In this document: positions 30,212-38,657 of the stretch, in pieces
Layout of the letters: each line of letters begins with the position of its first letter
Numbering within the stretch: position 1 is the first letter of the stretch
Origin: an uncultured Clostridia bacterium
Lineage (GTDB): Bacteria > Bacillota > Clostridia > Christensenellales > UBA1242
Assembly: GCA_944377165.1 (NCBI GenBank)
Contig: CALWEJ010000003.1
Span: 10,150 to 74,149 of the forward strand
Direction of reading: 5' to 3'
DNA: 64,000 bases
Program-made: the position numbers and the translations under genes
The notes under the pieces: model-generated
What the model was told of the DNA's origin: nothing
What the model saw: only the letters and a program-made list of their open reading frames with translations
The model's database searches: none

Positions 30212-31393
30212 ATGAAAAAAACGATTAGAGATATTGATGTGTCAGGTCAACGTGTTTTGCTAAGAGTAGATTATAATGTCCCAATGAATGCTGAATTGAA
30301 GATTACAGATGATACTCGTATAACAGCAACACTTCCTACTATTAATTATTTGATAAATCACGGAGCAAAAGTTATTATATGCTCACATTTAGGTCGCCCT
30401 AATGGACAAGTTGATACTAAGTTGTCGTTAAGGCCTATACTTGCGCGCTTGTCAAAATTGTTAGATAAACCTATTTCATTTTGCGAAGACATATTTGATA
30501 AATCTACAAGTGAACTAGTCGAGAAAATGAATAACGGCGATGTCCTTATGCTAGAAAACATTCGATTCTTCCCTGGCGAAGAAACTAACGATGAGAAATT
30601 AGCTAAGGCGCTTGCAAATCTAGCTGATATTTTTGTTTTTGATGCTTTTGCTACTGCACATAGAAAGCACGCATCGACATACGGAGTGGCTAAATTAGTA
30701 CCTACAGTCGCTGGATTTTTGGTCGAACAAGAATTGAAAGTCTTCGATAAGGTGCTTAAAGACCCTGACCATCCATTTGTTGCGATATTAGGTGGAGCTA
30801 AAGTATCGGACAAACTCCCTGTTATTCAAAACCTTTTAGATAAGGTCGATACTATTCTAATCGGCGGTGGAATGGCATACACTTTCATTAAATCAATTGG
30901 TGGAAATGTCGGCACATCAATAGTGGATAATACTAAACTTGAACTTGCTAAAAACATTTTAGACGAAGCAAAAGAGAAGAATGTAAAAATTTTGCTCCCT
31001 ATAGATAACATTGGGGCTAAGGAATTTAGTGAAGAAAGCGAAATTAAGCGCTTTAATAGCGGATTCTTTGCCGAAGATTATCAAGGAATGGATATTGGGC
31101 CTAAAACAATTAAAGCATTTAAAAAGATTATAAAGAAAGCTAAGACTATTGTTTGGAACGGACCGCTCGGAGTATATGAATACGAGAAATTTAAACACGG
31201 AACAAACAAGATTGCGAAATATGTTGCAAAGAGTAAAGCTATTTCACTAATCGGTGGCGGTGATAGTATAGCAGCTATACACTCAATCGGAGTCACCAAG
31301 AAAGTCACACATATGTCAACTGGCGGTGGCGCTAGTTTGATGTTGCTTCAAGGTAAACAATTACCTTGTATTGAACTAATTCAAGAAAAATAA
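30212..31393 (+). CDS. pgk: phosphoglycerate kinase
   Basis: Track ORF 30206 (TTG) trimmed to ATG 30212, which follows a GGAG SD. PGK sequence throughout (RVDYNVP, CSHLGRP, STGGGASL). Confidence 0.96.
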   Translation: MKKTIRDIDVSGQRVLLRVDYNVPMNAELKITDDTRITATLPTINYLINHGAKVIICSHLGRPNGQVDTKLSLRPILARLSKLLDKPISFCEDIFDKSTSELVEKMNNGDVLMLENIRFFPGEETNDEKLAKALANLADIFVFDAFATAHRKHASTYGVAKLVPTVAGFLVEQELKVFDKVLKDPDHPFVAILGGAKVSDKLPVIQNLLDKVDTILIGGGMAYTFIKSIGGNVGTSIVDNTKLELAKNILDEAKEKNVKILLPIDNIGAKEFSEESEIKRFNSGFFAEDYQGMDIGPKTIKAFKKIIKKAKTIVWNGPLGVYEYEKFKHGTNKIAKYVAKSKAISLIGGGDSIAAIHSIGVTKKVTHMSTGGGASLMLLQGKQLPCIELIQEK

Positions 31394-31460
31394 TCGAAAA
31401 TTGAGCATAAATATGCTCTTTTTTCTTTTAAAAATAAAAAATTATAATTATAATATAAAT

Positions 31461-32936
31461 ATGAAGAAAGGATTATTAATTATTCTCGATGGCTATGGCG
31501 AAGGGAAAGAATATGAATATAATGCCGTGGCAAACGCAAAAACTACATTTATAAATAGTTTAAAGTCACAGTCAAATACGCGCATAAAGACAGACAGCGA
31601 AGCTGTCGGACTTTTGCCGAACAATATGGGCGGAAGTGAAGTCGGACATATGACAATCGGTGCAGGTAGAGTTGTATTATCAACCGCAAGTGAAATAACA
31701 AAAGATATTAAATCGGGTGAATATAAAAATAATAAAAATTTAATTAAGGTATTAACGAAATTAAAATCAAAGCAATCTAACTTGCACATCGTCGGACTTA
31801 TGTCGGATAAAAATATTCATAGCAACATATATCACGCAATAGAAACTATAAAAATTGCAACTAATTTCGCTAAACACATTTATGTTCATTTTATAACAGA
31901 TGGGCGAGATACTAATAGTTTTGAATCTTTAAATTATTTAAATTTATTAAAAAAATCGATTAAAAATATAAAAAATTGCGAAATTGCTAGTATTTCAGGA
32001 CGTTTTTATGCAATGGATAGGGAATCTAATATGGATAGAACACAACGTGCGTTTGATGCGATGTTCTATCCTAAAGATTTTATCAAACCAACACAAATTG
32101 AAGATTATATCAAATCACAGCACAATAATAATATAACTGATGAATATATTGAACCAATATCAGTAAAAAGTTCATTTGAATCTATAAAAAAAGACGACAC
32201 GATATTTTTCTTTAATTTTAGAGAAGATAGGGTTAGACAGTTGGCAGGTTTAGCTAGTGAATTAAAGTGCAACATAGTGACAATGGCGAACGTCGGGAAT
32301 GTAAATAGTATTGTACTATTTAAAGAAAAAAATGTCTCACATACACTAAGTGAATATATTTCAAAATTAGGTCTAAGGCAAGTTAAAATAAGCGAAACTA
32401 CCAAGTATGCACACGTGACTTATTTCTTAAACGGAAGGAGAGAAGAACCATTTAAGAATGAAGATAGAATCCTAGTACCAACAATTAAAGTTGATAAATT
32501 TGATAAAACACCAAAAATGCGAGCTCGCGCGATAACAAAAAACGTTTTAAAAGCGATAAAATCACAATATGATTTAATAGTAGTTAATTATTCCAACCCG
32601 GATATGATAGGGCATACAGGAAATTATGTAGCGACAGTTAAAGCACTAGAATTTTTAGATAAACAGGTTAAAAAAGTGGTAAGTAAAGCGGTAAAATACA
32701 ATTATTCAATCCTATTGACTGCAGACCACGGCAATGCCGAATATATGCAAAACACGGACGGCTCACCTAACACTTCACACACACTAAACAAAGTTTTTTG
32801 TGTCGCTATTAAAGAAGGTAAGGTAGCAAGGACAAAAGAAAATGGAGAATTAAAAGATATTGCACCGACATTGCTCGACATTATGGAAGTCAATAAAAAT
32901 AAATATTTTGAAGGCAAAAGTCTTATTCAATCTTGA
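31461..32936 (+). CDS. gpmI: 2,3-bisphosphoglycerate-independent phosphoglycerate mutase
   Basis: Track ORF 31401 trimmed to ATG 31461 (MKKGLLIILDGYGEG...). iPGM motifs are present (GGSEVGHMTIGAGR, NPDMIGHTG, TADHGNAE). Confidence 0.94.
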   Translation: MKKGLLIILDGYGEGKEYEYNAVANAKTTFINSLKSQSNTRIKTDSEAVGLLPNNMGGSEVGHMTIGAGRVVLSTASEITKDIKSGEYKNNKNLIKVLTKLKSKQSNLHIVGLMSDKNIHSNIYHAIETIKIATNFAKHIYVHFITDGRDTNSFESLNYLNLLKKSIKNIKNCEIASISGRFYAMDRESNMDRTQRAFDAMFYPKDFIKPTQIEDYIKSQHNNNITDEYIEPISVKSSFESIKKDDTIFFFNFREDRVRQLAGLASELKCNIVTMANVGNVNSIVLFKEKNVSHTLSEYISKLGLRQVKISETTKYAHVTYFLNGRREEPFKNEDRILVPTIKVDKFDKTPKMRARAITKNVLKAIKSQYDLIVVNYSNPDMIGHTGNYVATVKALEFLDKQVKKVVSKAVKYNYSILLTADHGNAEYMQNTDGSPNTSHTLNKVFCVAIKEGKVARTKENGELKDIAPTLLDIMEVNKNKYFEGKSLIQS

Positions 32937-32977
32937 CAATTTATATAAAATTTGATAAAATCAACTAAGGAAAGTGT

Positions 32978-33199
32978 ATGAAATCATATTATTATCAATT
33001 TATTAATTTTATTCAAGAAATGCCTATCGGCTGGTATTTAACAATTTGGTTTGTATTGTTTTTAGCAATAATGTCTGCTACAATGAGATTCTTTAAGGTT
33101 TACAACGGAACGCAAAAGAATTTCGAAAAAGTAAGTTTAATAATTTTAGCGATTTTATTAGTCGCAATATTAATCTTTTACACTTATATTAGAAAGTAG
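32978..33199 (+). CDS. small membrane protein
   Basis: 73 aa with two predicted TM helices and an AAGGAAAG SD. Confidence 0.5.
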   Translation: MKSYYYQFINFIQEMPIGWYLTIWFVLFLAIMSATMRFFKVYNGTQKNFEKVSLIILAILLVAILIFYTYIRK

Positions 33200-33258
33200 T
33201 AAAAAAGAGTTGAATGTTTGCTAAATTTATGTTATAATTATCTAGTTTTGGAGGAAAA

Positions 33259-33561
33259 ATGAGTTTGTTTTTGACAGTACCACAGTGGATGGAGACAAGT
33301 TTCCCTATATTTGAAAGAATTTGCTTAGTTTTACTTGCATTATTTGCTGTCACTTTAATTATATTAGTGTTTATGCAAATCACAGGTGGAAGCAATACAA
33401 GCAATGCGATTACAGGTAATCAAGATAGTTATTATGCGCAAAACAAGTCAGGCTCACGCGAAGGTAGAATAACAAGATTAATTTATATAATATTAGGTCT
33501 TATTGCATTATTCTCAATTTTGTATTTTATTTTCTTAAAAATACCTACAATGCTTGGCTAA
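33259..33561 (+). CDS. secG: preprotein translocase subunit SecG (probable)
   Basis: 100 aa. Two TM helices flank a G/S/N-rich loop (VFMQITGGSNTSNAITG...). It has the typical secG-rnr-smpB synteny. The start is uncertain (33259 or 33289). Confidence 0.6.
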   Translation: MSLFLTVPQWMETSFPIFERICLVLLALFAVTLIILVFMQITGGSNTSNAITGNQDSYYAQNKSGSREGRITRLIYIILGLIALFSILYFIFLKIPTMLG

Positions 33562-33563
33562 AG

Positions 33564-33587
33564 GTGGAATATTATTCCACTTTTTTT
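33564..33587 (+). terminator. rho-independent terminator after secG
   Basis: GTGGAAT-att-ATTCCAC followed by TTTTTTT. Confidence 0.75.
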
Positions 33588-33651
33588 AATTTTAAATAAA
33601 ATATAGTTAGTTTCGTTTTATTATTTTAAAAAATAATGTTAAAATATTATT

Positions 33652-35871
33652 ATGGACGTTATAAAAATTATTAGAGAAAACAAATTAATTTATTACACTA
33701 TAGATGAACTTGCAAATCATTTAACTAAGATTATACCAGAATCAGAAGATAATATTAAGCAAGAAATTGTCGCACTAATTCACTCAGGTGATTTATTTTT
33801 AAACGAAAAAGGACTTGTTTCAATATCTTCAGACCACGGATATTTTAAAGCGCGTATGATTGTTAATAAAAAAGGTTATGGCTTTGCTCAAGTACAAGGG
33901 TATAACGATTTTTTCATACCAGCATTTAATATTAATGGAGCTTTTGACGGCGACGATTGTTTAGTTGAAATTACATCAAAAAAAGGTGATGACAATATTG
34001 AAGGCAGAGTGGTTAAAATCTTAAAGCGAAATACTACAAAAGTTGTTGGAACATACATTGTAGGAAAGTCAAAAAATGTGGTATTTCCAGACGATGTGAA
34101 ACTTCCTCAAATCCGAATTTTCAAAAACGATTCAGGTAAAGCAAAAAATAATGATAAAGTTTGGGTTGAACTCGATATGGATAGTATAGATAGCGGTACA
34201 GTTCGTGGAGTCATATTAGAAGTTTTGGGGCAAGCGAACACACCTAAAGCAGAGCAACTATCAATCATACGTGCGCACAATATTATCGAACAGTTCGATG
34301 AAAAAACATTAAATAATGCGAAGTCAATTAAACTTACGGTAGATAAAAAAGATTTTAAGGATAGGGCAGATTACACCGAACATAAAGTTATTACCATAGA
34401 CGGCGAAGATGCCCGTGATTTTGACGATGCGCTTTCTATTATAAAAAATCAAAAAGGCGGATATTCTCTATTCGTGCACATAGCAGATGTCTCTAATTAT
34501 GTTGTTGAAAATTCTGCTTTAGATAAAGAAGCCTTTAGGCGCGGAACTAGTGTTTACTTCCCTAACCAAGTTATACCAATGCTACCTAAAGAACTTAGTA
34601 ATGGTATTTGCTCGCTTAAAGAGGGCGAAAATAGATTAGTTTTAACAGTTGAAATGCAGTTAGATGAAAAGTTTAATTTATTATCTTCATCTATACAAGA
34701 AGGAATAATAAAAAGTAGCCATAGAATGACTTATACCGAAGTTATGAACATAATTGAAGGCGACGAACTTCTAAAGGAAAAGTATCAAGATGTTTATGAC
34801 GACATAATGCTCTACCGCGCAATTTCGAATAGGCAAAAAGAATTGCGACTTGCACGTGGCGAAATACGTATGAATTTACCCGAACCATTTATTTTAGAAA
34901 ATGAGGCAGGAGAAATTGTTTCAATTGAAAAGCGAATGCAAGACGAAGCGCACGAAATAATTGAGAGCCTTATGATAATGGCTAATGAATGTGTAGCTAA
35001 AAAATTCTATGATTTAAATATTCCTTTTGTATATCGTGTACACGAAAAACCAGATAGTGAGAAAGTAAATAGATTGTCAACTCTCCTTTTAAATATGGGA
35101 ATAACAAACAAACTCTCATTAGAAGGAGATAAACCGATAGCATATCAAAACATTATTAATAAAATATCCGGTACTCCAAAAGAAACAACTTTGACTAAAT
35201 TTATTTTGCGTTCTATGATGAAGGCAAAGTATAGCCCATCGTGTTTAGGTCACTTTGGACTTGCTAGCGAATATTATTGCCATTTTACTAGTCCTATTAG
35301 ACGTTATCCTGATTTGCAAATTCATAGAATTATAAAGAATTATTTGCACGGAGTGCCTATAGAAGACTTAAAATTAAAATATGCAGATATAGTAGAAAAA
35401 GCGAGCGAACAATCCAGCACTACAGAGAAAAATGCGGAAGAAACAGAAAGGGAAGTCGATGATTATAAGAAAGCTGTCTATATGACAAAATTTATTGGAC
35501 AGTCATTCACTGGAACTATAAGTGGAGTGCAAGAATATGGAATCTTTGTTGAGTTAGAAAACGGAGTGGAAGGATTAGTTCGAAGTGAAGGTCTTCCTAT
35601 GGACGAGTATATTTACGACGATTTGTCGCTCTCACTAAATGGTAAACAACATCACTTTACAATAGGCGATGAAGTTAAAGTTATTGTCGCAAATACAAAC
35701 GTACAATTAAGGCAAATTGATTTTGATTTAGACGGAGTAAAAACTTCAGGCGCGCACGTTATAAAGAAAAATAAAGACGAGAAAAAATCAAAAAAATATA
35801 CAAATTCAAAAAAATATACAAAATCACAAAAAATTAAATCAAAAACAACAAGAAAACGTCGTAAAAAATAA
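33652..35871 (+). CDS. rnr: ribonuclease R
   Basis: 739 aa with an RNB domain (DGEDARDFDDAL...), a C-terminal S1 domain and a Lys-rich tail. Confidence 0.95.
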   Translation: MDVIKIIRENKLIYYTIDELANHLTKIIPESEDNIKQEIVALIHSGDLFLNEKGLVSISSDHGYFKARMIVNKKGYGFAQVQGYNDFFIPAFNINGAFDGDDCLVEITSKKGDDNIEGRVVKILKRNTTKVVGTYIVGKSKNVVFPDDVKLPQIRIFKNDSGKAKNNDKVWVELDMDSIDSGTVRGVILEVLGQANTPKAEQLSIIRAHNIIEQFDEKTLNNAKSIKLTVDKKDFKDRADYTEHKVITIDGEDARDFDDALSIIKNQKGGYSLFVHIADVSNYVVENSALDKEAFRRGTSVYFPNQVIPMLPKELSNGICSLKEGENRLVLTVEMQLDEKFNLLSSSIQEGIIKSSHRMTYTEVMNIIEGDELLKEKYQDVYDDIMLYRAISNRQKELRLARGEIRMNLPEPFILENEAGEIVSIEKRMQDEAHEIIESLMIMANECVAKKFYDLNIPFVYRVHEKPDSEKVNRLSTLLLNMGITNKLSLEGDKPIAYQNIINKISGTPKETTLTKFILRSMMKAKYSPSCLGHFGLASEYYCHFTSPIRRYPDLQIHRIIKNYLHGVPIEDLKLKYADIVEKASEQSSTTEKNAEETEREVDDYKKAVYMTKFIGQSFTGTISGVQEYGIFVELENGVEGLVRSEGLPMDEYIYDDLSLSLNGKQHHFTIGDEVKVIVANTNVQLRQIDFDLDGVKTSGAHVIKKNKDEKKSKKYTNSKKYTKSQKIKSKTTRKRRKK

Positions 35872-35884
35872 AAAAGGATAATTT

Positions 35885-36334
35885 ATGAACAAAAAATTGG
35901 TGGCGGAAAATAAACGTGCAAGATTTGAATACGAGTTATTAGATAGATATGAAACAGGTATTGTTTTAACTGGTGACGAAATAAAATCGGTACGCCTTGG
36001 GCATTTTTCGTTAGTTGATAGTTATGCCTACATTAAAGATGACGAATGCTTTGTAAGAAATAGTTATATAAAAGAGTATTCAAATTCTTTTGACGCAGGG
36101 AGATACGGGGATAATTCGCGCAGAGATAGAAAACTTTTATTACATTCGGACGAAATAGCAAAAATAAAGAAAAAAATCGAAACAGAACATTTGACACTCG
36201 TCCCTGTTTGCGCGTATTTTGTAGGTAGCAATTTGAAAATCGAAATTGCTGTTGCGCGTGGTAAAAAATTGTATGATAAGCGCGCTACACTGAAGAAACG
36301 CGATATGGATAGAAGAAGCAATATAGACGAATAA
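35885..36334 (+). CDS. smpB: SsrA-binding protein SmpB
   Basis: 149 aa starting ...NKRARFEYELLDRYETGIVLTGDEIKSVR... Confidence 0.96.
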   Translation: MNKKLVAENKRARFEYELLDRYETGIVLTGDEIKSVRLGHFSLVDSYAYIKDDECFVRNSYIKEYSNSFDAGRYGDNSRRDRKLLLHSDEIAKIKKKIETEHLTLVPVCAYFVGSNLKIEIAVARGKKLYDKRATLKKRDMDRRSNIDE

Positions 36335-36343
36335 GGATTGATT

Positions 36344-36748
36344 ATGAAGAAACTAATAGGAAATTTAACAGAAAAAGAGTATAGAGATGAATTAAAAACA
36401 TTAATTTTTAAAGTTAAAAATACATTGATTAGCAAAGAAAATTTAGAATCTAATAATGATATTATTTATAAATATAATGATATAATGATGTCTAATTCAT
36501 CTTTAGATAATATCAAAAATGAAGAGATAATTGTTGCAATTGCCATCGAAATATTTTTGAATAAATATAAAAATTTATCTGATGAAGACTTAGCAAATAT
36601 TATAGGGAAAAGACTTAGCAAATACTACTTTATAAGAGAACTTTTAAATGCTTCTAACGCAAAGGAGTCTGCGCAAGTCATAAGACAAAATGGTATTATA
36701 AAGCTTTTAGATAAAATAAATAAAGATAGGCTAAAGACTCAAATCTAA
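36344..36748 (+). CDS. hypothetical protein
   Basis: Track ORF 36338 (TTG) trimmed to ATG 36344, which follows an AAGGA SD. 134 aa; no family recognised. Confidence 0.55.
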   Translation: MKKLIGNLTEKEYRDELKTLIFKVKNTLISKENLESNNDIIYKYNDIMMSNSSLDNIKNEEIIVAIAIEIFLNKYKNLSDEDLANIIGKRLSKYYFIRELLNASNAKESAQVIRQNGIIKLLDKINKDRLKTQI

Positions 36749-36756
36749 AATTAAAA

Positions 36757-36793
36757 ATATGACCTTCTATATGGAATGAAGGTCATATCTTTG
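36757..36793 (+). terminator. hairpin terminator
   Basis: ATATGACCTTC-(10 nt)-GAAGGTCATAT with a weak T-tract. Confidence 0.5.
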
Positions 36794-36873
36794 TATTATA
36801 GATAGTAATCAAAATTTTTGGTGGAGCAAGTTAAATGTCTGTCGAAAATATTTTTGGAGTTAATTTATTGAAG

Positions 36874-36902
36874 TTGACATGTTTTAGAATTGTTTGTATA
36901 AT
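36874..36902 (+). promoter_or_regulatory. promoter of the barnase-barstar operon
   Basis: TTGACA (36874-36879), a 17-nt spacer, then TATAAT (36897-36902). It lies inside the spurious N-terminal extension of track ORF 36894. Confidence 0.7.
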
Positions 36903-36932
36903 ACAATGGTAATATCCTTGCAAGAGGATATT

Positions 36933-37505
36933 ATGAATATATTTAAAGATATAAAAGAATCTATTGTTAACAAATTTCAAGAAACTTTTACAAATTATGC
37001 AACATCTAAAACTTGGAAGGAGTATTTGCTAGGACCAACATTTTCGCATTGTATCATATGTTTAAAACGACATGGTAAAATTTATCATAAAGATGACACA
37101 TATGTTCCTCACTTACCCGAACATGAGAAATGTTTATGTTACATAACATGGTTAAGAAGTGTGTCGGTTGGGAATGCAACTAAATTAGGTGTTGGTGGAC
37201 CTGATTATTATTTAAAGAACTTTAATAAATTGCCAGATTATTATATTACAAAACAACAAGCAAAAGATTTGGGTTGGAAACCAATATTGGGGAATTTGGA
37301 TAATGTTGCGCCAGGGAAATCTATAGGCGGAGATATCTTTTATGATAGAGATAACAAATTGCCAAAAGCTCCAAATAGAATTTGGTATGAATGTGATATA
37401 GATTATAATGGTGGTTATAGAAATAATTTTCGTCTTATATATTCCAACGATGGTTTAATATTTAAAACAGACAGTCATTATAATAGGTTTATTGCTATTG
37501 AATAG
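36933..37505 (+). CDS. barnase-family ribonuclease toxin with N-terminal MuF-like zinc-knuckle segment, no signal peptide
   Basis: ATG 36933 follows an AGAGGA SD. The C-terminal ~110 aa align to barnase along their whole length (LPDYYITKQQAKDLGW...NVAPGKSIGGDIF...WYECDIDYNGGYRNNFRLIYSNDGLIFKTDSHY). The Lys27, Glu73, Arg83, Arg87 and His102 equivalents are all present. The N-terminus has HCIICLKRHGKIY...PHLPEHEKCLCY, which resembles the end of the Phage_Mu_F/SPP1 gp7 domain. Confidence 0.85.
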   Translation: MNIFKDIKESIVNKFQETFTNYATSKTWKEYLLGPTFSHCIICLKRHGKIYHKDDTYVPHLPEHEKCLCYITWLRSVSVGNATKLGVGGPDYYLKNFNKLPDYYITKQQAKDLGWKPILGNLDNVAPGKSIGGDIFYDRDNKLPKAPNRIWYECDIDYNGGYRNNFRLIYSNDGLIFKTDSHYNRFIAIE

Positions 37506-37515
37506 GAGATGAATT

Positions 37516-37794
37516 ATGAAAAAATATATTTTTGATAGAAACGAATTTAAGTGGGCTGAAGAATTCTATGATTTAATACAAAAAAAAATGAACATTCCTG
37601 ATTGGTTCGGTAAAAATGCTGATGCTCTTTGGGATATGTTAACTGGCTATATTGATACGCCATGTGAAATAGTGTTAAAAAATTTTACCGGTAAAGAAAA
37701 TGATTATAACGAAGAAATTATAACAAAAATCCTACAATGTTTCTTCGATGCTGAAAAACAATTTCCAAATGATTTTAAAATAAAAATAAAATAA
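37516..37794 (+). CDS. barstar-family ribonuclease inhibitor (immunity protein)
   Basis: 92 aa. FGKNADALWDMLTGYI matches the barstar YGENLDALWDCLTGWV helix, including the Asp35/Asp39 equivalents. AGGAG SD present. The gene starts 10 nt after the toxin gene. Confidence 0.85.
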   Translation: MKKYIFDRNEFKWAEEFYDLIQKKMNIPDWFGKNADALWDMLTGYIDTPCEIVLKNFTGKENDYNEEIITKILQCFFDAEKQFPNDFKIKIK

Positions 37795-37826
37795 AAAGTA
37801 GTTAGAGTTATCTAACTACTTTTTTT
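37793..37826. terminator. bidirectional terminator shared by barstar operon and ssrA
   Basis: AGTAGTTAGA-gtta-TCTAACTACT is flanked by A- and T-runs. It lies 17 nt from the tmRNA 3' end. Confidence 0.8.
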
Positions 37827-37843
37827 CTACAAATTTTGACATC

Positions 37844-38193
37844 TGGTGGAGGTGAGGGGAGTTGCACCCCTGTCCTAATGCGGACTAAAATCATATACTA
37901 TATGCTTAGTCAATGACTAAATTCGCAAGTTTAAGTTAACATTGACACCCTAAACTAACTAGTCTAAATTTTCATTATAAGGTACTAGACAATACGGTAT
38001 AACGTTCACCGATAACCGACGTCAGAGATAATGTATCGGTACCATTAAACTGACGGCTACGCACTAAGCGGCGTAAGCTAAATTGTTATTGTTTGCGTTT
38101 ATTTTAGTTCGAGCAACGAACAATGTTTTTAACGTGCCATCGCACGACATACATATCAAATTAGCACGCACCAGTCGAAGCTAATTCACCCCC
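37844..38193 (-). ncRNA. ssrA: tmRNA (SsrA), tag reading frame ANNNNLAYAA*
   Basis: The minus strand reads 5'-GGGGGTGAATTAGCTTCGACTGG... and ends ...GGACAGGGGTGCAACTCCCCTCACCTCCACCA-3'. The acceptor stem has the G3-U pair and an encoded CCA. The tag ORF GCA AAC AAT AAC AAT TTA GCT TAC GCC GCT TAG lies at 38096-38064. Confidence 0.92.
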
Positions 38194-38203
38194 GTACAAT
38201 GAT

Positions 38204-38231
38204 ATTATATCATAAAAATTTTAATTTTCAA
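38204..38231 (-). promoter_or_regulatory. ssrA promoter
   Basis: On the minus strand: TTGAAA (38231-38226), a 16-nt spacer, then TGATATAAT (TATAAT at 38209-38204). It lies about 10 nt upstream of the tmRNA 5' end. Confidence 0.65.
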
Positions 38232-38657
38232 TATTGAAATAGCTATATTTTATTAAAAAACTATCAAAATCGTTAAAATTTTTATTATTTTTTATTATTT
38301 TTATTATTTTTTAATTAATCAAATAATATCTATACATATTATCTTATCTATATGATATTTAATTAAGATACAATGCATTTATGGGATAGAATTTAAATTA
38401 ATATAATTTTAATCTTATTTTAATTTTAAAATTATTAATAAAGTCAAGATTAAGTAAACTTGGAAATGTACTAGATTGATATTAAATTAATAAAAAATTT
38501 CGTTATGATTAATTAGTTTATATTTAGTTTTTTTTAAAAACTCATTAAAATCTTAGCTGTTATTTTTCAATTTTTTAAGTTAATAATAATGTTAAAATAT
38601 TTTCAATTTTAACGAATTTATGATATAATTTAATGTTCAAAGGAGAAAATTTAATTT

